Source: Octopus vulgaris
Lineage: Eukaryota
Reading direction: 5' to 3'
DNA length: 64,000 nucleotides
NCBI GenBank assembly: GCA_951406725.2
Contig: OX597822.1
Coordinates: forward strand, 92,628,001 to 92,692,000
Below the pieces are notes generated by a model. The model was given only the letters and a program-made list of their open reading frames with translations. It did no database searches and was not told where the DNA came from. The translations under genes and the position numbers were made by a program. Positions 57,171 to 64,000 of this stretch are shown piece after piece. Position 1 is the first letter of the stretch. Each line of letters begins with the position of its first letter.

Positions 57171-60100
57171 GGCCTTATACCCTTTCACTATAACTTTGAA
57201 GCTTTACCGTTGTTTAGCTCTACATCAGGCAAATATTTGATTAAAGGCATTCCAGATATGACCAACGGTTCTTTCCTTTTTTTTAAAGACAAAGTATAAT
57301 CTAGAAGAGATTCGTTTACTATTTCTGGCAAGTCGGGCGACCACGTAGAGTCCTTCCCTGTTGCTTGTTGACGATTTGCTGTCGTCTATTAATTAGACAT
57401 TCTCTTACTCGACGAAGGAGCAGCCTCTACCTGCTAGAACCAGCAGCCAAGTTCCCCTCAAATCACACCGTACCGTCTTAGAAAAAGTCACATCGGATTT
57501 AACAACGTTGTCTTAGATTCTTTGCATGAGGTGGTCACTGTTAGAGTGCCTTTGATCATGTCTGCTGAATCATGGCTAAGTAACAATAGTGACCTATTGT
57601 AATTCTTATTTATAATGTATGTTATCTCTTTCGTCACCTTTATGGCAAGAGAAATATTCATAATCGTTTCCATATTAATGTTATTCTGTTCACCTTTCAC
57701 CCATGTGGTGCTGGTGCTAGAGTTCAGCAGAACAAATATCATTGAAAAACTGTTATCGATTAATTTTATTTATCTCTTCGTGCTCCCTAAATGTTATTTA
57801 ATTTCAATTCGACTCTGATTAAAGAGAAGTCCAAAATGATCTAACATGTCGTTCACATTTACGAAAAAAAAGGAAAAAAAGATAGTGTAATTTGAGGGAG
57901 ATTTGGTTGCTATTTCTATCTGTGAGCCACAAAGTAAGCTCATCTCCTTATGGTGCTGTTTGATAAAAGTAAACATCAGAACGTCACACTTGAATGCCAA
58001 ATAATTTGGCTTCATTTCCTGGTTGTTTGTTGCTGTTTCTGTTTATTCAGGGGAAGATAGTAATTCTAATAACCCTTGCTTAAGGGCGGGGGGTGGAGGA
58101 ATATGCCCCCGTTAAAAAAAAAAAAAAAGATCACCCCCACCTACTAAAACAAAACTTGTTTAATCATATTATTACCCTTAATCATGTTATTGTAATTAGC
58201 AAAGCCATTCTTTATTAAAAAAATAAATCGTGTGAGAAATATTCTGTACATTATTAGGCATGATTGTTTTTGTTCCGTGAGAAAAAAATACTATGCCTTT
58301 CACGATTGTTTGTTTTATCTTTCTTCCCCGTAAAAAAAAAAAAAAAAAAAGTTAATTTTACAAACAGCAAACAATACCTTATTGTTGACTGTATTTAATT
58401 TAAGACGCTATTGTTAATGGTTACCCTTACGCTATTTTGATTGTTGCCAACGTGTCCGTTCACATTGGCTGCCCGTCTTTCTTGGTTGTCACCTTTTCGT
58501 TTTAACAAGGAAATAGTGTTTTCGCTATTGGTGTTTACCTTAAAGCAAGCCCCGCTCGTAGAAGAAAAAAAAAAACTGACCCTAAATAAACCTTAGGGGT
58601 TCCAGCCATGGCCATACCATTTTTTTTCCCAAGAAGGTTGTACCTGGCCTCTCGACCTCCTAGAAATAACAGCCAGGTTTCTTGATTACACCCTCCCGTG
58701 TTTTTTTTAGTCTTTATTTCTTGGAAGGCCAGGCAATGTTTATGTGTCTGGTAGCTACTACGAAAGTATGGTCGACCAGTTTAAAAGGTTTTGGGTTTAG
58801 ATCTTAATTTCTAAGTCCTTTACTTTCCAAACAAAAGTGTGGGTGGCAGAGAGAGAGAGAGAGGGGGGAGGTTCTGACCAAGTAGATTCGAGTTTAAACT
58901 TGGCTCGATGTTTCATTTAGTTGAGTCATTGGGTTTTTCGTGACCAGCTTTGTAGCTATTCCATTTTTTAAGAAATATTTTAATTAGAAGTCATCCTTAT
59001 TGCCACTTCAACAACTATTTTTTATTATAGCTTTTTCTAAAAAATTTTTCTTTAAATTTCGTATCCGTCATTAGACTACGGCCATGCTGAGGCATCGTTC
59101 TTGAAGGGTTTTAGTCGAACAGATCGACACCATTACTCAATTTTAAAGTGTGGTACTTATTCTATCGGTATCTTTTGCCGAACGGCTAAGCTACGGGTAC
59201 GTAACGAACTCATAAAGCATCGGTCAGCGCGAGGCTGTTGTAGAAGATACTTGCCTAAGGTGCTGCGCTGTGGGGCCGAGGCAAGACTTCCGCCCCCCCC
59301 CCCAACCACCCTTTATAAAAATTCCTTTTTTTTTTTTTTGACACAAACCCCGCTTTTCGGCTACGGGGAATACGAATCTGCAAAAAAATTGGCAAAAATC
59401 GACATTTCTAAATTACCACAAATTTTTTCACAATTTAAAAAAAAAAATATGCGGAAAAATACGGAGATTCTGAAAAAAATTTCCAAAGATCTTTGTAAAA
59501 TTTTTTTAAAGAATTTTTTTCTCTAAATATGCGGAAAAATACGGACATCATGAATTGAACAAAAATTTCAAAACATTTCTGTACTTACGGTTACGATTAG
59601 GGTTTTAGGGTTAGCGTTGTGGAAAAAAGTCAAAATTGAAGAAGTTGTGGGGTGGGGGGAAATTTCACAATACCGATTTTTGGCAATTTTCTAGAACCTC
59701 CGTATCCGAAAACGGGGATTTTTGGCAAACAAAAAAAATTACAAAAATAAACAAATTGGGGGAGAAAATAGGGAGTGGGGGACGGGCGAAAGTCTTTCCG
59801 GGACCAAACCCGAAATCATGTATTTGATTGCCAAGCGAATTTCTTAACTACACAATCATACATACCTATCTAATTTTAATATATTTTGTTTTGTATGATA
59901 ATGGAATTGTTCTAATATTTTGCATTCATGCTAATATTTGTACACCTTCAAATTCCGCTGAGGTCGACTTTGCCTTTCAGCCTTTCGAGTCAGTAAATTA
60001 AGTACCAGGTCCATATCGGTGTCGATCTAATCGACTGGCCGCCTCCCGCAAAATTTCGGGCCTTGTGCCTAGAGTAGAAAAGAATATTTGTACACTAATT

Positions 60101-60660
60101 TTCTGGTGTTCGCTCTTGTCGTGAGCCTTGGGCGTTGATGAAATAAAGTGCCAGTGAAGTACTTGGTTCGATACAATCGACTGTTCTCCGTCCTTTAAAT
60201 TCTTGGCCTTGTATCTCTGTAAGAAATTACTAACCAAACCTCGTCGTGGATATTACCATTACAGACATGGTCGCTCGACCTGCTAGAAATAGCAACCACA
60301 CTTCAATAAATCATACGTTAGTGTCTTGGAAAAAAAAATGGGCAAAATGTTTAGCGGCATTTCGTCCGTCTTTAAGTTCTGCGTTGAAATTCCGACGAGA
60401 TCGACTTAGCCTTTTAAGCCTTTCGGCACTGAAGTCGATGTAGTCGGCTTAACCCTTGTCTCGAAGTTGCTGGCCTTGTGCCAAAATTTGAAACCAGTAT
60501 AGTTCTGTAGACGACAGGAATACTTCTGACCAAAGGTGTGCTCCATCTGGGTAGACCTAAGAATTTAAACAACCATCTCCAGAGACTTGCTTCCGATAAA
60601 GACGTTCAGTTCAAAGAGATGTTTTTTTTTTGTAATTTTTTGCGATTGGGGTGGGACTAT

Positions 60661-61121
60661 GGTAAATTTTTTGAGTAACACCTGCACGATTTTCACTAAG
60701 AAAAAACAAAAAAATCCGAGTTTTTTTCCCCTAGTGAAAAGATCAATGGGGGTTGGGATGGGGGTGAAATTTTCGCGGCTTCCACCTCACCCCACCCCGT
60801 TTTTCGGACCCCCAAAGGGTCTTACAGCATATTAAGAGGTCACAGGAGAAAAAAAAATTCCAATGATTCCGGGTGGGGTGGGGTAGGGCTTTTTTTCGGA
60901 ACTAAAATAAGGGTTTTGTAGCATATTAGGAGGTCACAGGAATTCATTAAAAAAAAAAAAAAAAAATTCCAATGAATCCGGGACTTGGTGGGGTGGGGCT
61001 TTTTTTCGGAACCAAAATAAGGGATTTGCAGCATATTAGGTCAGGGTACTTAATTCTACGCAAAAAATCCGAGTTTTTTTTTTTCTTTTTCTTAGTGCGG
61101 GTGTTACTCAAAAAATTTACC
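60661..61121. mobile_element. Merlin-like MITE
   Basis: 22-bp perfect TIR GGTAAATTTTTTGAGTAACACC; 8-bp TSD gggactat/ggaactat; internal repeats cagcatatta.gaggtca. Confidence 0.7.
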
Positions 61122-63660
61122 GGAACTATTAAAGATGAGAGAAATGAAGCCGACGAGAGGGAAAAGTTTATCTGGAACCGTGGGCGGTAGTTTGTGGCGG
61201 GTGAGGGTGGTGTGGTGCTACGCTGGTATCTCCCGCCATCAAATGTATGTGGTGTGCTTTTCGGGAATAAATAGGAAGGCGCTCACTACACGCCTGTAGA
61301 GGATAAGCTGGTGTGTGGAGGCCGGTCTTTCTCTTTTGGGGGGCTCTTAATTCGAAGAATTCTAGTAATATTCTGTAGTGTATTGCTAGTATTAAGGAAA
61401 TTGCGTTGGAACAATATGGATTTAACCACACACACGCACTCGCGCGCGTGTGTGTATATGTGTGTATCTTTCTCTCTTTCTTGTTTCAGTCATTGGACTG
61501 CGGCCATGCTAGAGTACTACCTTGAAGCGTTTTTAGTCGAACAAATCTTCCCCAGTACTTATTTTTTAAAGTCTGGAATTTATTCTATCGTATATCTTAG
61601 CCGAACTGCTAAGTTACATAGTATAAACAAACCAACACCTTTTGACGAGCGATGTCTGATTGGGGTCGGTGGGTGGATAAATGTAATCCTTTCTACTCTA
61701 GGCACAAAGCCTGCAATTTTGGGGGAAGGGACAGGTCGACTTGATTGACCTCAGTACGCAACTGGTACTTAATTCATCGACCCCGAAAGGATAAAAGTCA
61801 AAGTCGACCTCGGCAGTTTTTGAACTTTACTACCCACAAGGGGCTAAACACAGAGAGGACAAACAAGGACAGACAAACGGAATAAGTCGATTATATCGAC
61901 CCCAGTGCGTAACTGGTACTTATTTAATCGACCCCGAAAGGATGAAAGGCACAGTCGACCTCGGCGGTTTTTGAACTCAGAACGTAACGGCAGACGAAAT
62001 ACTGCTAAGCGCTTCGTCCCGCGCGCTAACGTTTCTGCCAGCTCGACATATCTATCCATCCATCGTGAATGTGTAAATTTCTTCTTGACTCTTCGCGCGT
62101 ACACGTTCTTACACTGCTCCTTGTCTTTGAATACAACCATGCCAGAGATCCTTCATCTCTATTTTTTTATCTTTTGAGGCCGATCACATCAATCCAGTTT
62201 CTTACTTTAGTCTACTATTTATTTTATCTATTTCTATTTTTCCTAAATGGGTTAAATCATCCAATGGTTGTCAAACACCTAATACGGGAGAGAGGTAGGC
62301 CGAACTAGGAGGCGCGTGGTTTTGATGCGATGGTCTTAACTACAAAGTAATGCTTGCTGATATCTATGTGTGTATATGACACACCCGTATTGTTTGTATC
62401 ACATCCTGTGTGTGTGTAATATACATCCTTTTCTCTATGTCTATCTCGTCAATGTATCATATATCTGAAAAAGAACACTCTAAGGCAGGGGTCGCCAAAC
62501 TTTTTCGACCATCTACTCCCTTTAGCAATTTTTCCCTCCGCATCGACCACCCTCCTCATTTAAAATATCTTAATACTCTACCCTACCGTACCATATCTTA
62601 AATGCGTACCAGGAACTGATGCTGGCAATTAAAATGTTAGCTAAAATATACATGTACGACAAATTAAGAAATTCTATTGAAGATGACACACGTTTTACAT
62701 ATAAAACTACGTGTATGAGTATACAGTATTAAACTTTTAATTTTTATGAAACTGTTTTCACGGTTAGAAAATGTGAAGAAACGCATCATATTGCTGGAAT
62801 ATCTTTTATTAAAATTGATAACATCAATGAGAGGGATGAGCATGGCGCTGACTAGGAATTTCAGGCAGTTCATCTGGGTGAGCTGGTCTTTCGCATGCCG
62901 ACCCACATTCGACCCCTTGGCTGCCATCGACCCCCTGTAATTCCTCGCCGACTCATAGAGCAGTAATTAATTTAATCTCCAGTCATAGTGACCAGTGGTT
63001 TCGCATCCACGGAGGTCTTAGCCACGCGGACGTTTATAAGCTTAAAGCAATCACCGTGCAAATGGCTAAGGAAAATGGCCCTTTTCCTTAGGCATTTGCA
63101 CGGTGATCGCTATAAGTTTTATGCTTATAAAAATACCATTATTATTATTTACAGAATTGTAAAACTCGGCACCGCTTAGCAAAGCCATTCGCACCGAAAT
63201 ATATATATATTCAGCAAAATTTAGATTCAGATGAATATGGTACCTAAGTTAGAGGCACTAGAATTTGGCATGGTGTTATCCATATAAATCAAATGGGGGT
63301 GATTATAATCAAAATAAGCAACAAGGATAGCCAAGGTAGTGTAGTACAATCGTTTCATGCTACTTCATTTTATTAAACAATGTAAGTATTACATCAGTTT
63401 TAAAATGTAAAGCAATCTTCAGCCACATATAGAATTAAAAAAAATTAAATGGACAATGTATATTTTTATACTTATTTCATTTGCCAACATTACAAAGAGG
63501 GTAGATATATAGACAGAGATGTTAATTTTATCATTAAGAACGTGGTAGTAGAAGGTCCTTCTCCATCTGTAGATTTTTTGATAAAAAAATCTACTTTAAT
63601 AAAATCAAGTAGCATGAAACGATTGTACTACACTACATTGGATATCCTTGTTGCTTATTT

Positions 63661-63706
<46 letters not shown>

Positions 63707-64000
63707 TGCACACACGAGTTAAGAAATGATTTATATAAGCAAACAACGAGAGAGAGAAAAAAGGACAAAAAATAAAACAACGACCCTTCCTCAGTTGTCG
63801 GCTCGAACCAAGTATCAAGCTCGGGACTGGAAGTGGCTCGAATTTCTGGATTTTTCGGTTTCTTGGACACATCCTAAATATACACTTAAAAATATAAAAT
63901 AAATTATTAAGAGCAAAAGAATTTATAGAAATGTCTAAAGCAAGGTCTGTTCGATATTTATCCGTCCACTTGAGATTCCTAAAATCTGTTGTACTGTACC

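Noticed and set aside
59585-59620. Interstitial telomere (TTAGGG-like)
   Set aside because: Only a few degenerate units inside an inverted-repeat element.
61170-61400. Solo LTR
   Set aside because: GC-richer with AATAAA, but no TG...CA ends with a TSD could be identified.

Overview
AT-rich, microsatellite- and SINE-dense animal DNA; the SINE families suggest Octopus/coleoid cephalopod (inference). Almost all ORF-track entries are microsatellite or SINE artefacts. Real content: (1) a minus-strand multi-exon gene, assembled here from seven phase-compatible GT-AG exons (35372 down to 2327, continuing past the left edge), encoding a predicted N-terminally membrane-anchored ankyrin-repeat protein; (2) a divergently oriented first coding exon at 56127-56177 resembling the AKAP9/pericentrin N-terminus; (3) an intergenic, decayed Gypsy LTR retrotransposon (gag-PR-RT-RH-INT) nested in a related element and carrying a -1 frameshift signal; (4) RTE-, CR1- and RLE-type LINE fragments, Helitron-like elements and MITEs; (5) several SINE families. 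The most notable signal is a dispersed tRNA-headed element carrying a minimal Penelope-type hammerhead ribozyme with inverted 5' ends, plus several unrelated hammerhead-like motifs.
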